A DNA stretch of 64,000 bases from Bifidobacteriaceae bacterium (GCA_031278655.1 JAITJZ010000036.1:1614-65613); one strand, 5' to 3'; shown: positions 1-13,434, counted from the first letter of the stretch. Made by a program: numbers and translations. The notes: generated by a model not told the origin, from the letters alone.

Positions 1-947
1 ACAGATTCCTGGGTCGCCAACGATGTGCCGACCAATTCGCAAACCAGTCCGATGACGTCGGGCTGGGTCAGGCCGGCGCGGCCGCTGAGGCCGGTCCCAG
101 GCGGCCCGCCCAGGCTCGGACCAGTCGTGTCGATCATGCCCGCGGCACTGGCGCCGGACGGCTCGATGACGTGCGGTTGGTTCGGGCTCGTGGCGGCACG
201 CCGGATGGCGGGGGCGGCGGACTCGGCTCGCCGGTTGTTCCAGGACGGGGCCAGCAGCCCGCCCAGCCAGTCGATTCGGGCCGACACGTCGGCCGCCGCC
301 AGCCAGTGCCCGCGCACGACCGCCGCCCGGGCGGCGTCACGCGCCGCGCGGGCGGCCGCGACCACGCCGTCGACTCCAGCGCCGTCGACTCCAGCGCTGA
401 CGGCCGCGGCCACGGCCGCCGCCCCCGCCAACGCCACCGAAGTGTTGTGGGTGACCTCGCTGGCCGCCACCACGGCATCGATCAGGCCGGGACCGGGCCG
501 GACCGCCACACCGACCGGCGTCACCCGCATGGCGGCGCCGTTGGTGGCGCCGAGGCGGCCGCTTTGATCCGGCGGCGCGCCGGCCAGCAGTTCCGTCACC
601 GCCCGCCGGGTCGATGGCCCGAGCAGGTCGGACGACCCGCGACGCCGCATCGAGTCCTCCCAGGCCACCAGGCGGCGCGCGAAAGCCGCCGGGTCGATCC
701 GCCCGCCGCCGTCGATCAGCGACTCGGCCAAGATCAGCGCCTGCTCGGTGTCATCTGTCACCGAGCCGGCCGCCAGGCCCGGCGCCAGCGGCTGATCGGG
801 CGGCCCCGGCTCGAACCCGGACAGGACCGACCCGTGGCGGCGCACCACTTCGGCGCGCGGGAAAGATTGCGTCGGCATGCCGAGGGCGTCGCCGATCGCC
901 AAGCCATAGAGCGCCCCCAGCGCCCGGCCCCAGGCCGAAGAACTCAC
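1..947 (-). CDS. ADP-ribosylglycohydrolase (ARH/DraG) family protein, runs off the left edge; absent from the ORF track
   Basis: Manual translation from GTG at 947 (overlaps the TGA of the upstream gene): RALGALYGLAIGDALGMPTQ...VTDDTEQAL...GATNGAAMRVTPVG...EVTHNT...VGTSLATQES, the typical ARH motifs. Confidence 0.9.
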   Translation of the reverse strand, partial: MSSSAWGRALGALYGLAIGDALGMPTQSFPRAEVVRRHGSVLSGFEPGPPDQPLAPGLAAGSVTDDTEQALILAESLIDGGGRIDPAAFARRLVAWEDSMRRRGSSDLLGPSTRRAVTELLAGAPPDQSGRLGATNGAAMRVTPVGVAVRPGPGLIDAVVAASEVTHNTSVALAGAAAVAAAVSAGVDGAGVDGVVAAARAARDAARAAVVRGHWLAAADVSARIDWLGGLLAPSWNNRRAESAAPAIRRAATSPNQPHVIEPSGASAAGMIDTTGPSLGGPPGTGLSGRAGLTQPDVIGLVCELVGTSLATQES

Positions 948-1594
948 TCCGCCGGGCCGGGGGCCATGGCCAGCGCCTCGTCCAAACTGATCACCCGGAT
1001 CAGCGGCCCGTACAAGCCCATCACGTGCAGCGCCTTGGCGTGGGACTCGTCGTCCACGCCGGCGCAGGCCTCGCCCACCACCAGGACCTCGGCGCCGCTG
1101 TCCGCCGCCGCCAGCGCGGTCGACAGGACGCAGCAATCGGTCGAGACCCCGGCCAGCATCAGCCTGCCCTCGCGCCCGACCAGCGCCGCCAATCCCGGCC
1201 CCCACTTGGAGAAAGTCATGCAGTCGATGGTCCCGCCGCGCCCGTCCGCGCCGCCCACCCGCGCCGCCGCGTCAGCCAAGGAGCGGACGATCCGCCAGGC
1301 GTCCGAACCCGGCGGCTGCAGGGCGAACGGCCACTCGTCGTAGTACGCCCGCCAGGCGCCCCAGGGCTCGGCCGGGGCGATGAAACGCGTGAAGACCGCT
1401 CGCGGCGAAAAAGCCTCGGTCAGCTCCCGGACCGGGCCGACGATCTCCTCGAAGCGGGGGCTTTTCCAGGGGCTGACCGGGTCGCCGAAAACCCGCTGCA
1501 TGTCGATGACGGCCAGGACGGGGCTCTCCGCGCGATCCGCTGGCGGCAGCGATGGCGCCAGCGCCAAGTCGGCCTCGGTGGTGATGGTGCTCAC
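944..1594 (-). CDS. Isochorismatase/cysteine hydrolase family protein
   Basis: VIDMQ motif and LAGVSTDCCVLSTALAAAD catalytic-Cys motif; overlaps both neighbours by 4 bp. Confidence 0.88.
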   Translation of the reverse strand: MSTITTEADLALAPSLPPADRAESPVLAVIDMQRVFGDPVSPWKSPRFEEIVGPVRELTEAFSPRAVFTRFIAPAEPWGAWRAYYDEWPFALQPPGSDAWRIVRSLADAAARVGGADGRGGTIDCMTFSKWGPGLAALVGREGRLMLAGVSTDCCVLSTALAAADSGAEVLVVGEACAGVDDESHAKALHVMGLYGPLIRVISLDEALAMAPGPAE

Positions 1595-3171
1595 GGCTGG
1601 TCCTCCCCCCGCGAGGCGGGAGCGGCGGCCGGTGGCACGTCATCGGCGGCGACCTCCACAGCCACGACCTCGACGACGGCTTCCGCGACCGGCGACGGCG
1701 GGGCCGCCTCCTGGGCGCGGACGGCGCCCCGGCGCAGGACCAGCGTGCCGACAAAGCCGAGGGCGAGGGCCACCAACACACCCAGATTGGCGCCGGCCCA
1801 GGCGCCATCCTTGCCGCCGAGCGGCCCCAGCAGGTAGCCCTGCCAGGTCAACCAACTGGCGTAGCCATTGGTCACCAGCCCCCAGCCGAGCACGGAACCG
1901 ACCACGATCAGCGTCAAAGGGACGGCCGGGACGGAGCCGTAACGGCCGCGCGGGTCGAACAGATCAGCCTCGTCGTAGTCGCGCCGACGCATCATCACAT
2001 CGGCCAGCATGATGCCCGCCCAGGCGGCGATCGGCACGCCCAAGGTGATCAGGAAGCCCTGGAAGACATCGAAGAAACTGGACACGCCGAAGACGATGTA
2101 CACGGTGCCGAGGATCATGATGACGCCATCGATCCCGGCCGCGACCGGCCTGGGCACCGGCAAGCCGGCCGAAATCAACGCCAGGCCGGACGAATAGATG
2201 TCCAGCAACGCCCCGCCGACCAGGCCAAGGATCGCCACCAGCCCGAACGGGATGAGGTACCAGACCGGCAAGATGGTGGTCAAAGCCCCGACCGGATTGG
2301 CGCCGATCTCATCAAAGAGATTCTGGTCCGAGGCCGCCAACGCCAGCCCGGCCACGATCAGGACCACAGGCGCGACGGAGGCGCCAAAGGTGGTCCACCA
2401 GATCACGCCGCCGCCGGAGGAGCGGCGCGGCAGGTAGCGCGAGTAGTCGGCCGCCATGTTGATCCAACCAAGCCCGAAACCGGTCATCATGCAGACCAGC
2501 GCGCCGATGAAGTTCTGGGCCGAGCCGTGCGGCCAGGCCGCCACCGCCTCGAAATCGATGTGCCCGAGCGTCAGCGCGATGTACCCGATCGTCAGCACGC
2601 CCGTCACCCAGGTGATGACGGTCTGCATCTTCATGATCAAGTCGAAGCCGATGACGCCGCCGGCCACGATCAGCGCCGCCACCACCACCAGCGCCACCAC
2701 CTGAACGCCAACGCCCTCGCCCCAGCCCAGTTCCTTGAAAATGGTGGCGGTGGCCATGACCGCCAACGCCGTCAGAATGGTCTCCCAGCCGACGGTCAAG
2801 ATCCACGACAGCACCGAGGCGACGCGGTTGCCGCGGACGCCGAGCGCGGCCCGCGACAGCACCATGGTCGGGGCCGAGCCGCGTTTGCCCGCCACGGCCA
2901 CGACGCCGCAGAGGAAGAACGAGAAAACAATGCCGACGATGCCGACCACGGTCGCTTGGGCGAAGGAAATCCCGAAGCCCAAGACCCAGGCGCCATAGCT
3001 GAGGCCGAAGACCGAGACGTTGGCGGCGAACCACGGCCAGAACAGGCTGGAGGGTTTTCCTTTGCGGTCCGCGTCGGCGATGATGTCGACGCCCTGCATC
3101 TCGACCTGGATGGCCGAGACGCCGGCCTTGGCCGAAACCGTGACAATCTCAACTGCTGAGGGGTCGGTCAT
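1591..3171 (-). CDS. Purine-cytosine permease (NCS1 family)
   Basis: LFWPWFAANVS, SRAALGVRGN, ADYSRYLPR motifs; about 12 hydrophobic segments; RBS AGGAG precedes ATG at 3171. Confidence 0.88.
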   Translation of the reverse strand: MTDPSAVEIVTVSAKAGVSAIQVEMQGVDIIADADRKGKPSSLFWPWFAANVSVFGLSYGAWVLGFGISFAQATVVGIVGIVFSFFLCGVVAVAGKRGSAPTMVLSRAALGVRGNRVASVLSWILTVGWETILTALAVMATATIFKELGWGEGVGVQVVALVVVAALIVAGGVIGFDLIMKMQTVITWVTGVLTIGYIALTLGHIDFEAVAAWPHGSAQNFIGALVCMMTGFGLGWINMAADYSRYLPRRSSGGGVIWWTTFGASVAPVVLIVAGLALAASDQNLFDEIGANPVGALTTILPVWYLIPFGLVAILGLVGGALLDIYSSGLALISAGLPVPRPVAAGIDGVIMILGTVYIVFGVSSFFDVFQGFLITLGVPIAAWAGIMLADVMMRRRDYDEADLFDPRGRYGSVPAVPLTLIVVGSVLGWGLVTNGYASWLTWQGYLLGPLGGKDGAWAGANLGVLVALALGFVGTLVLRRGAVRAQEAAPPSPVAEAVVEVVAVEVAADDVPPAAAPASRGEDQP

Positions 3172-3248
3172 AGTTCTCCTTTGCAAGGGCCGAGGGGCTC
3201 GGCGCTGGCGGGCAGGTGGAACGACCCGGTCAGATTATCACTCGGGCC

Positions 3249-3304
3249 CGGTCTGGGGGCGGTCTGAGGGCGGTCTGAGGGCGGTCTGGGCGCGGTCTGG
3301 GCGC
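3249..3304. repeat. 11-bp tandem repeat (CGGTCTGRGSG) x5
   Basis: Seen directly between the gcvP stop and the permease. Confidence 0.8.
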
Positions 3305-3316
3305 GAGGCGCCCGCC

Positions 3317-6247
3317 TCAGGACGCGAGCTTTGTGACCAGGTGGCGGTCGCCATAGGAAGCGTCGACGCGGCCGACCGGCGGCCAATACTTGGTGTCCAG
3401 GCGCCCGCCAGCGGTCGGATCGGCCCCCAGCGCCCGCGAGTATGGCAGCGACCAGTCCTGGGCCAGGAGGGCGGACGCCGTGTGCGGCGCCCGCCTCAGG
3501 GGCGAGTCGGCCAGCGGCCATTCGCCGGCGGCGACGCGTTCGGCCTCGGCCGCGATCGCCTCCATGGCGGCGCTGAAACGGTCCAATTCCTCCAGCGACT
3601 CCGACTCGGTCGGTTCGACCATGAGGCTGCCGGCAACCGGGAAAGACATGGTCGGGGCGTGGAAGCCGCAGTCCATCAGCCGTTTGGCGACATCCTCCAC
3701 GGTCACCCCCGTGCGCTTGGTGAACTCGCGCAGGTCCAGCAGGCACTCATGGGCGACGAAGCCGCCCGGGCCCCGGTAGAGCACCGGGAAGGTGGCGCCG
3801 AGGCGCCGGGCGAGGTAGTTGGCCGCCAGGACGGCGCCCTCGGTCGCCGCCGTCAAACCGCTCGCGCCCATCAGCTTGACGTAGGCCCAAGAGATCGACA
3901 GCACCAGGGCCGAGCCGTGGGGCGCGGCCGAGACCGCGCCGACCTTGGAATCCAAGCCGCCGAAGGGATGGCCCGGCAGGTAGGGGGCCAGATGGCGGCG
4001 GCAGGCCACCGGGCCGACACCGGGTCCGCCACCCCCGTGCGGGATGGCGAAGGTCTTGTGCAAGTTCAGGTGCGAGACGTCGCCGCCGAAGTGCCCGGCC
4101 TTGGCCCAGCCGACCAAGGCGTTGAAATTGGCGCCATCGATGTAGACCTGGGCGCCGGCCTCATGGGCGGCGGCGCAAATCTGGCGCACCGCCGCCTCGT
4201 AGACCCCGTGGGTCGAGGGGTAGGTCAGCATCAGGGCGCCGACCTGGCCCTGGTGCTCGGCCAGTTTGGCCTCGAGGTCCGCCAGCGACACATTCCCGGC
4301 CGGATCGACCGCCACCGGCGCGACCCGGTAGCCCGCCAGCGCCGCCGATGCCGCGTTGGTGCCGTGAGCGCTGGTCGGGATCAGACAAACGGTCCGTTCG
4401 GCTTCGCCGCGCTGGCGGTGATAGCGCCGGATCGCCAGCAGACCGGCCAGTTCGCCCTGGGAACCGGCGTTCGGCTGCAACGAGATGGCGTCGTAGCCGG
4501 TCAGGTCCAGGAGGGCGGCGTTCAATTCGGCCATCAATTGCAATGAGCCGGCGGCGTCCGCGAGCGGCTGGAACGGGTGCAAGTCAGCGAAGGCGGGCCA
4601 AGTCAGGCCGGCCAGCTCGGTGGCGGCGCTCAGTTTCATGGTGCACGAGCCCAGGGGGATCATGCCTCGGTCCATGGCGTAGTCCTTGTCGGCCAGAGAC
4701 TTCAGATAGCGCGTCATCGCCAGTTCGGTGCGGTGGCGGTGGAAGACCGCCTGGGTCATGAACTCCCCGGCGCGGGTCAGGGGGCCGAAGTCAGCCTCGG
4801 GCGCGTCCCAGGGCTCGGGGGCGGCGCCAGCCGCGCTGACCGCCGATTCCGCCGTCACCCCTTCGTCCGGGGCTGGGTCGGGACGCCCGGGCTGGGCGCC
4901 CACCACGGCATCGGGCGCGTCCGGGCGCTCGGCCGCGGCGGAAGGCTGGAAGGCGGCCACGACATCGGCCAAATCTTGGTCGGTGGTGGCCTCGTCGGTG
5001 GACAGGCAGACCGTGTCCCGGTCGCGCGCCCACAGGCGCAGGCCGCCGCGCGCCGCCGCCGCCACCACCGCCCGCGCGCGGCCGGGCGCCCGCACCGTCA
5101 GGGTGTCGAACAAGCGGCCGCCTTGGACCTCCACCCCCTCGACGCGGCTGAGCGCTTGGCGCAGGGATTCGGCGCCGGCGTGGACCCGGCGGGCGATCCG
5201 CGCCAGCCCGTCCGGGCCGTGCCAGACCGCGTACATGGCCGCCATCACGGCCAGCAGCACCTGGGCGGTGCAGACGTTGGAGGTCGCCTTGTCGCGCCGG
5301 ATGTGCTGCTCGCGCGTGACCAGGGCCAGACGCAGCGCCGGGGCGCCGTGGGCGTCCCGGCTCAAGGCGACCAAGCGGCCCGGCAGTTGGCGCACAAGGT
5401 CCTGGCGGACGGCCATGTAGGCGGCGTGGGGGCCGCCGAAACCCATCGGCGTGCCGAAGCGCTGGGTCGAGCCGACCACGAGATCGGCGCCGTCCGCGCC
5501 CGGAGGGCGGACCAACGCCAGCATCAGCGGGTCGGCGCCGACCGCCAGCAGCGCCCCGGCCTGATGGGCCAGTTCGGCCAGCGGGCCCAACTCCACCAGG
5601 CGCCCGGAGGCGCCCTGGTACTGGACATACCGGCCGGCCGCGCCGCGGACGGCCGCCGGGTCCGCCGCCAACGGGTCGAAGTCGACCAATTCGATCCCGA
5701 GCGGCTCCGCCCGAGTCTCAAGAACGGCTCTGACCTGCGGGAACACATCCACATCAACGGCCAGGCGGGGGCGCGAACCGCGACTGACACGGTGGCACAG
5801 GGTCATCGCCTCAGCCGCCGCCGAGGCCTCGTCGAGGAGCGAGGCGTTGGCCACCTCCAGACCGGTCAGCTCGGAGATCATGGTCTGGAAGACGAACAGC
5901 GCCTCCAGCCGGCCCTGCGAGATCTCCGGTTGGTAAGGGGTGTAGGCGGTGTGCCAAGAGGGGTTCTCCAGGACGCCGCGCCGGATGACGGCCGGGGTCA
6001 GGGTGCGGTAGTAACCCAGTCCGATGAGCGAGCGGCCGGGGTTGTTCATCGACGCCAGTTCGGCCAGGCGGCTGAGCGTCTGGTCCTCGGTCAGCGGCGG
6101 CCCCAGCGGCGGCGGGGCCGCCCTGAGGTCGGCCGGCAGCGCCCGTTCCATGATCCGCTCATCCGGGCCGAGCCCCAAGGCCCGGCGCGCCTGGGCGCCC
6201 GAGCGGGCGTCCAGGCCCAGGTGGCGGTCGGCGAAACCGCCCGCCAC
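3317..6247 (-). CDS. gcvP: Glycine dehydrogenase (decarboxylating), P protein
   Basis: YTPYQPEISQGRLE, REQHIRRDKATSNVCTAQ, MIPLGSCTMK, HLNLHKTF PLP-lysine motif. Confidence 0.97.
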   Translation of the reverse strand: MAGGFADRHLGLDARSGAQARRALGLGPDERIMERALPADLRAAPPPLGPPLTEDQTLSRLAELASMNNPGRSLIGLGYYRTLTPAVIRRGVLENPSWHTAYTPYQPEISQGRLEALFVFQTMISELTGLEVANASLLDEASAAAEAMTLCHRVSRGSRPRLAVDVDVFPQVRAVLETRAEPLGIELVDFDPLAADPAAVRGAAGRYVQYQGASGRLVELGPLAELAHQAGALLAVGADPLMLALVRPPGADGADLVVGSTQRFGTPMGFGGPHAAYMAVRQDLVRQLPGRLVALSRDAHGAPALRLALVTREQHIRRDKATSNVCTAQVLLAVMAAMYAVWHGPDGLARIARRVHAGAESLRQALSRVEGVEVQGGRLFDTLTVRAPGRARAVVAAAARGGLRLWARDRDTVCLSTDEATTDQDLADVVAAFQPSAAAERPDAPDAVVGAQPGRPDPAPDEGVTAESAVSAAGAAPEPWDAPEADFGPLTRAGEFMTQAVFHRHRTELAMTRYLKSLADKDYAMDRGMIPLGSCTMKLSAATELAGLTWPAFADLHPFQPLADAAGSLQLMAELNAALLDLTGYDAISLQPNAGSQGELAGLLAIRRYHRQRGEAERTVCLIPTSAHGTNAASAALAGYRVAPVAVDPAGNVSLADLEAKLAEHQGQVGALMLTYPSTHGVYEAAVRQICAAAHEAGAQVYIDGANFNALVGWAKAGHFGGDVSHLNLHKTFAIPHGGGGPGVGPVACRRHLAPYLPGHPFGGLDSKVGAVSAAPHGSALVLSISWAYVKLMGASGLTAATEGAVLAANYLARRLGATFPVLYRGPGGFVAHECLLDLREFTKRTGVTVEDVAKRLMDCGFHAPTMSFPVAGSLMVEPTESESLEELDRFSAAMEAIAAEAERVAAGEWPLADSPLRRAPHTASALLAQDWSLPYSRALGADPTAGGRLDTKYWPPVGRVDASYGDRHLVTKLAS

Positions 6248-6249
6248 CG

Positions 6250-6633
6250 TCAGGCGCCCGCCTCGGTCAGCGCCGCGTAGGCGGCCGCGTCAAGCAGGTC
6301 GGCCGCCGCCGTGGGGGCGACCTCGAACAGCCACCCGGCCCCGAAAGGCTCCTCGTTGACCAGTTCTGGGGCGTTCAGGACGGCCTCGTTGACGGCCGTG
6401 ACCTCGCCCGCGACCGGCGCGTAGAGCGGCGAGACAGACTTGGTCGACTCGATCTCGCCGCATTCGCCGCCGGCGTCGACGTGATCGCCAACCGCCGGCA
6501 GGGACACGAAGACGACATCGCCCAGGGCCTCGGCGGCGAAGGCGGTGACGCCGACACGGGCCCTGGGGCCGCCCGGGTCCGCCACCCATTCGTGGTCGGG
6601 GGTGAAAAAGAGGTCCGCAGGGGTGCTGCTCAT
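6250..6633 (-). CDS. gcvH: Glycine cleavage system H protein
   Basis: [15 protein letters not shown] lipoyl-Lys motif. Confidence 0.97.
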   Translation of the reverse strand: MSSTPADLFFTPDHEWVADPGGPRARVGVTAFAAEALGDVVFVSLPAVGDHVDAGGECGEIESTKSVSPLYAPVAGEVTAVNEAVLNAPELVNEEPFGAGWLFEVAPTAAADLLDAAAYAALTEAGA

Positions 6634-7784
6634 AGTTCGTCCTTTTGATTCGGTTTTCTGTAGAAGGGGATCGATGTCACCTGGAAGGGGGTCAACTGGC
6701 CGCGAATGTCGACTTCGACCGGCGTGCCGACGGCCGGCGCCGGGCCGTTGATCGAGGCCAGGGCGATGGGCCGGCCCAGGGTTGGCGACAGCGCCCCGGA
6801 CGTGATCCGGCCCCGGACCTGGCCGTCGATCAGCACCGGGTAGCCGGCGCGGGCGGCGCGCCGGCCATCGCCGATCAACCCGACCAGATGTTTGCTGACA
6901 GCGCGATCAGCCAAAGCGGCCCGGCCGACGAAATCAGTCTCCTTTGGGCGCACAAAGGCCCCCTGGCCGCCCTCGGCTGGAGTTGTCTGGCGGTCCAGCT
7001 CATGCCCGTACAGCGGCATGCCAGCCTCCAGGCGGAGCGTGTCGCGGGCCGCCAAGCCGACGCGGGCCAAGCCGAAGGGGCGGCCGGCCAGGACCAGCCG
7101 GTCCCAGATGGCGCCGGCGGCGGCCTTGGGGCAGGAGACCTCGAAGCCGTCCTCGCCGGTGTAACCGGTGCGGGCCAAGACCACCGGCCAGCCCTCCCAT
7201 TCGGCCTCAGCCGCCCGGTAATAGCCCAGGTCAGCGGCTCGGACCAGGCCCGCGGCGCGCATGATCGCCAGCGCCCTCGGCCCCTGGACGGCGATCAGCG
7301 CCCGCTCCAGCGTCACATCCGCCAAGGTCGCGTCGAAGCCGTCCAGGCGGCGCGCCAGCGCCTCGACCACGACCGCCCGGTTGGCGGCGTTGGCGATGAT
7401 GAAGAAGCGCTCCCTTCCCAGGCGGTAGACGATCAGGTCATCGATGACGCCGCCGTCCTGGGCCAGGATCATCGAGTAGGCGGCCCGGCCCTCGGCCTGG
7501 AGCGAAGGCGCCCCCAGCAGCGCGAAATCAAGGCCGTCCGCCGCGCCCGGCCCGCCGACCTCCAGTTGGGCCATGTGCGAGAGGTCGAACAGCCCGGCGG
7601 CCTGGCGCACCGCCTGGTGCTCGGCCAGTTCCGAGCCGAAGCGCAGCGGCAGGCGCCAGCCGCCGAAGTCCGTGAACTTGGCCCCCGCGGCGCGGTGGCG
7701 CGAGTCGAGGGGTGAGTCCAGAGGCGGGGCCGGCGGGCGGCCCGGCGGGCGGCCCGGGGCCGGCGGCGTCACAGGTTCGGTCAT
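6630..7784 (-). CDS. gcvT: Glycine cleavage aminomethyltransferase
   Basis: [32 protein letters not shown]; start set at ATG 7784, 7 nt after TAATTT. Confidence 0.96.
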   Translation of the reverse strand: MTEPVTPPAPGRPPGRPPAPPLDSPLDSRHRAAGAKFTDFGGWRLPLRFGSELAEHQAVRQAAGLFDLSHMAQLEVGGPGAADGLDFALLGAPSLQAEGRAAYSMILAQDGGVIDDLIVYRLGRERFFIIANAANRAVVVEALARRLDGFDATLADVTLERALIAVQGPRALAIMRAAGLVRAADLGYYRAAEAEWEGWPVVLARTGYTGEDGFEVSCPKAAAGAIWDRLVLAGRPFGLARVGLAARDTLRLEAGMPLYGHELDRQTTPAEGGQGAFVRPKETDFVGRAALADRAVSKHLVGLIGDGRRAARAGYPVLIDGQVRGRITSGALSPTLGRPIALASINGPAPAVGTPVEVDIRGQLTPFQVTSIPFYRKPNQKDEL

Positions 7785-7805
7785 GGGATACAAATTAGCA
7801 ACACC

Positions 7806-9074
7806 CTACGACGCCCGCTCGACCAGGCCGAGCGTCTTGCGCCCGCGGCGCAACAAGGCGAAGCGGCCGTGCAAGAAATCCTCGGCGCGCAGGACCGCCT
7901 CCGGGTCGGTCACCTTGGCGTTGTTGAGGTAGACGCCGCCGGAGGCCAAGGTCCGCCGCGCCGCGCCCTTCGACTTTTCGAGGCCCGATGCCGTCAAAGC
8001 GTCCACCACCGTCACTTCCGCCGGCCCCGCCGTCGCCTTCGGCAGGTCGGCGACCGCGCTGGCCAACACGGCCGCGTCCAACGACCTCAGCGAGCCGCTC
8101 CCGAAAAGCGCGGCGGCGGCATCGGCGGCCCCCTGAGCGGCCCGTTCGCCGTGCACCAAAGCCGTCACCTGCCAAGCCAAAGCCTTCAGGGCGGGCCGCT
8201 CCTGAGGGCGCTCCAAGGTGGCCGCCTCCAACTCGCCGATCTCCTCCGGGCTGGCGAAGGTGAAGACCTTCAGGTACGGGGCGGCGTCGCGGTCGTCCTG
8301 GTTGAGCCAGAACTGGTAGAAGGCGTAGGGGGTGGTCAACTCCGGGTCGAGCCAGACCGTGCCGGCCTCGGTCTTGCCGAACTTGGTCCCGTCCGCCTTG
8401 GTGATCAACGGCGTGGTGAAGGCGTGGACGGTGGCGGAATCGGCCTTGCGGATCAGTTCGACGCCGCCCAGGAGGTTGCCCCACTGGTCGTTGCCGCCGG
8501 TCTGGAGGGTGCAGCCGTGACGGCGGTGGAGTTCGCGGAAGTCCAGCGCCTGAAGCACCTGGTAGGAGAACTCGGTGAAGGAAATTCCCTGGTCAGAGGC
8601 CAGGCGCCGGGCGACCGTCTCCTTGGCCAACATGGTCGAGAGGCGGAAGTGCTTGCCGACGCCGCGCAGCAGGTCGATGGCGCTGAGGTCCTTGGTCCAA
8701 TCGAGGTTGTTGACCAGGCGGGCGGCGTGTTCGCCCTCGAAGTCCAGCAGCGGCGCGATCTGCTGGCGGATGCGCTCGACCCAGGCGGCCACGGTCTGCG
8801 GGTCGTTGAGGGTCCGCTCGCCGGTCATCTTCGGGTCGCCGATCAGCCCGGTCGCGCCTCCGACCAGCGCCAACGGGTGATGCCCGGCCAGTTGCAGGCG
8901 GCGCAGCGTCAAAATTTGGACCAGGTTGCCGATGTGCAGCGATGGCGCCGTGGGGTCGAAACCGCAGTAATAGGTCACCGATTGGGTTTCGAGATGGCGT
9001 CTCAGGGCCTCGCGGTCGGTGGACTGGGCGACCAGGCCGCGCCAAACCAGGGCATCGAAGATGGATTCAGACAC
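7806..9074 (-). CDS. tyrS: Tyrosine--tRNA ligase
   Basis: YCGFDPTAPSLHIGN (HIGH), KFGKT, C-terminal S4-like domain. Confidence 0.98.
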   Translation of the reverse strand: MSESIFDALVWRGLVAQSTDREALRRHLETQSVTYYCGFDPTAPSLHIGNLVQILTLRRLQLAGHHPLALVGGATGLIGDPKMTGERTLNDPQTVAAWVERIRQQIAPLLDFEGEHAARLVNNLDWTKDLSAIDLLRGVGKHFRLSTMLAKETVARRLASDQGISFTEFSYQVLQALDFRELHRRHGCTLQTGGNDQWGNLLGGVELIRKADSATVHAFTTPLITKADGTKFGKTEAGTVWLDPELTTPYAFYQFWLNQDDRDAAPYLKVFTFASPEEIGELEAATLERPQERPALKALAWQVTALVHGERAAQGAADAAAALFGSGSLRSLDAAVLASAVADLPKATAGPAEVTVVDALTASGLEKSKGAARRTLASGGVYLNNAKVTDPEAVLRAEDFLHGRFALLRRGRKTLGLVERAS

Positions 9075-9079
9075 GGGCT

Positions 9080-9925
9080 CTATTGTCCCCCACCGGCGCG
9101 GTCGCGCTCGCCGCCGGGGCGCGGGCGGCGCCTGGCCGCCCGGCGGGCCAGTTGGACGGCGCTGACCACCAGCAGCGCCGCGAACAAGAGGTTGCCGAGC
9201 CGGGGCGGGATGGCGAAGGCCAGCGCGCTGCCGCCGAGGGACGCGGCCGTGGCGCTGAGCCCGGCGGCCGCCGCCGCGCGCCAGTCGAGCAGCCCGCCGC
9301 GCCGGTTGGTGATCGAGCCGGTGACCGCCGCCGGCGCCATCACCGCCAGCGACGTGCCCCGCGCCAGCAGGTCGCCGAAGCCGAAGACCGCCATCAGCGC
9401 CGGCACCGCGATGACACCGCCGCCGATGCCGAACAGGCCGGCCGCCAGCCCCATCACCACTCCCAGCGCCACCAGCCCGGCCCAGGCCGCGAGACTGGGG
9501 GCGCCAGCTTGGGAGCGCGTCGGCGTGTAGAAGACCATGCCGGCGGCGGTGGCAGCGATCAGGACGACGAAGGCCCAGTTCAGGACGGTCAATTTGAGCG
9601 CCCTGAGGGCGCGGGCGCCGAGCCAGGCGCCGGCTGCGGCGCCCGCCGCCACGGCCACGGCCGGCCCCAGCGCCAGGTGTCCGCGCCAGCCGTAAGCGGC
9701 GGCGCCGACCACCGCCGTCGGCAGGATCGCGGCCAGCGAAGTCGCCGACGCCCGGCGTTGGTCCAGCCGCGCCAACCAGATCAGCAGCGGCACCATGACG
9801 ATCCCGCCGCCGATGCCGAACAGCCCGCTCATGAAGCCGCCGATGGCGCCCGCCGCCACGAAGCGCCAGACCGGCGCCGGGCTGGGGCCCGGCGGGCGTG
9901 GGCCTGGCGGCTGACGGGGAGGCAT
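9080..9925 (-). CDS. Sulfite exporter TauE/SafE family membrane protein
   Basis: Duplicated GLFGIGGG motif followed by ATSLA/GTSLA; about 8 TM segments. Confidence 0.88.
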   Translation of the reverse strand: MPPRQPPGPRPPGPSPAPVWRFVAAGAIGGFMSGLFGIGGGIVMVPLLIWLARLDQRRASATSLAAILPTAVVGAAAYGWRGHLALGPAVAVAAGAAAGAWLGARALRALKLTVLNWAFVVLIAATAAGMVFYTPTRSQAGAPSLAAWAGLVALGVVMGLAAGLFGIGGGVIAVPALMAVFGFGDLLARGTSLAVMAPAAVTGSITNRRGGLLDWRAAAAAGLSATAASLGGSALAFAIPPRLGNLLFAALLVVSAVQLARRAARRRPRPGGERDRAGGGQ

Positions 9926-9944
9926 ACCCACAATGGTGCCAGCA

Positions 9945-10105
9945 GCGGCCGGGCGGGCGCGCGCCGGCCGGGGCTTTGTTCGGGCGCCGGGCCTTTGTTC
10001 GGGCTCAGGCGGGGCCGTTGTTCGGGCGGCCGGGCGGGCGCGCGCCGGGCGGGCCGTTGTCCGGGCGCCGGGCCGTTATCCGGGCGGCCATCCCTTTGTT
10101 GGGGC

Positions 10106-10116
<11 letters not shown>
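9945..10116. repeat. Two degenerate 70-90 bp direct repeat copies; the second overlaps the stop codon of the 10106-10621 gene
   Basis: GCGGCCGGGCGGGCGCGCGCCGG...TTTGTT.GGGCTCAGGCGGGGCC occurs at 9945-10016 and 10026-10116. Confidence 0.8.
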
Positions 10117-13190
<3,074 letters not shown>

Positions 13191-13206
13191 TGGCGGACCC
13201 GCCCGG

Positions 13207-13431
13207 CTACTTCGAGGCTCCGGCCTTCCGCTTGCCGTAACGCGCCTCGAAGCGCGCCACCCGGCCGCCGGTGTCGAGGATCTTCTGCTTGCCGGTGTAG
13301 AAGGGGTGGCAGGCCGAGCAGACGTCGGCGTTGATGACGCCGTTCTTCTTGGTCGAACGGGTCGTGAAAGTGTTGCCGCAGGTGCAGGTCACAGTGGTCT
13401 CAACGTACTGCGGGTGGATATTGCTTTTCAT
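13207..13431 (-). CDS. rpmE: 50S ribosomal protein L31 (Zn-binding type)
   Basis: MKSNIHP, CTC...[10 protein letters not shown]. Confidence 0.98.
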   Translation of the reverse strand: MKSNIHPQYVETTVTCTCGNTFTTRSTKKNGVINADVCSACHPFYTGKQKILDTGGRVARFEARYGKRKAGASK

Positions 13432-13434
13432 CTC

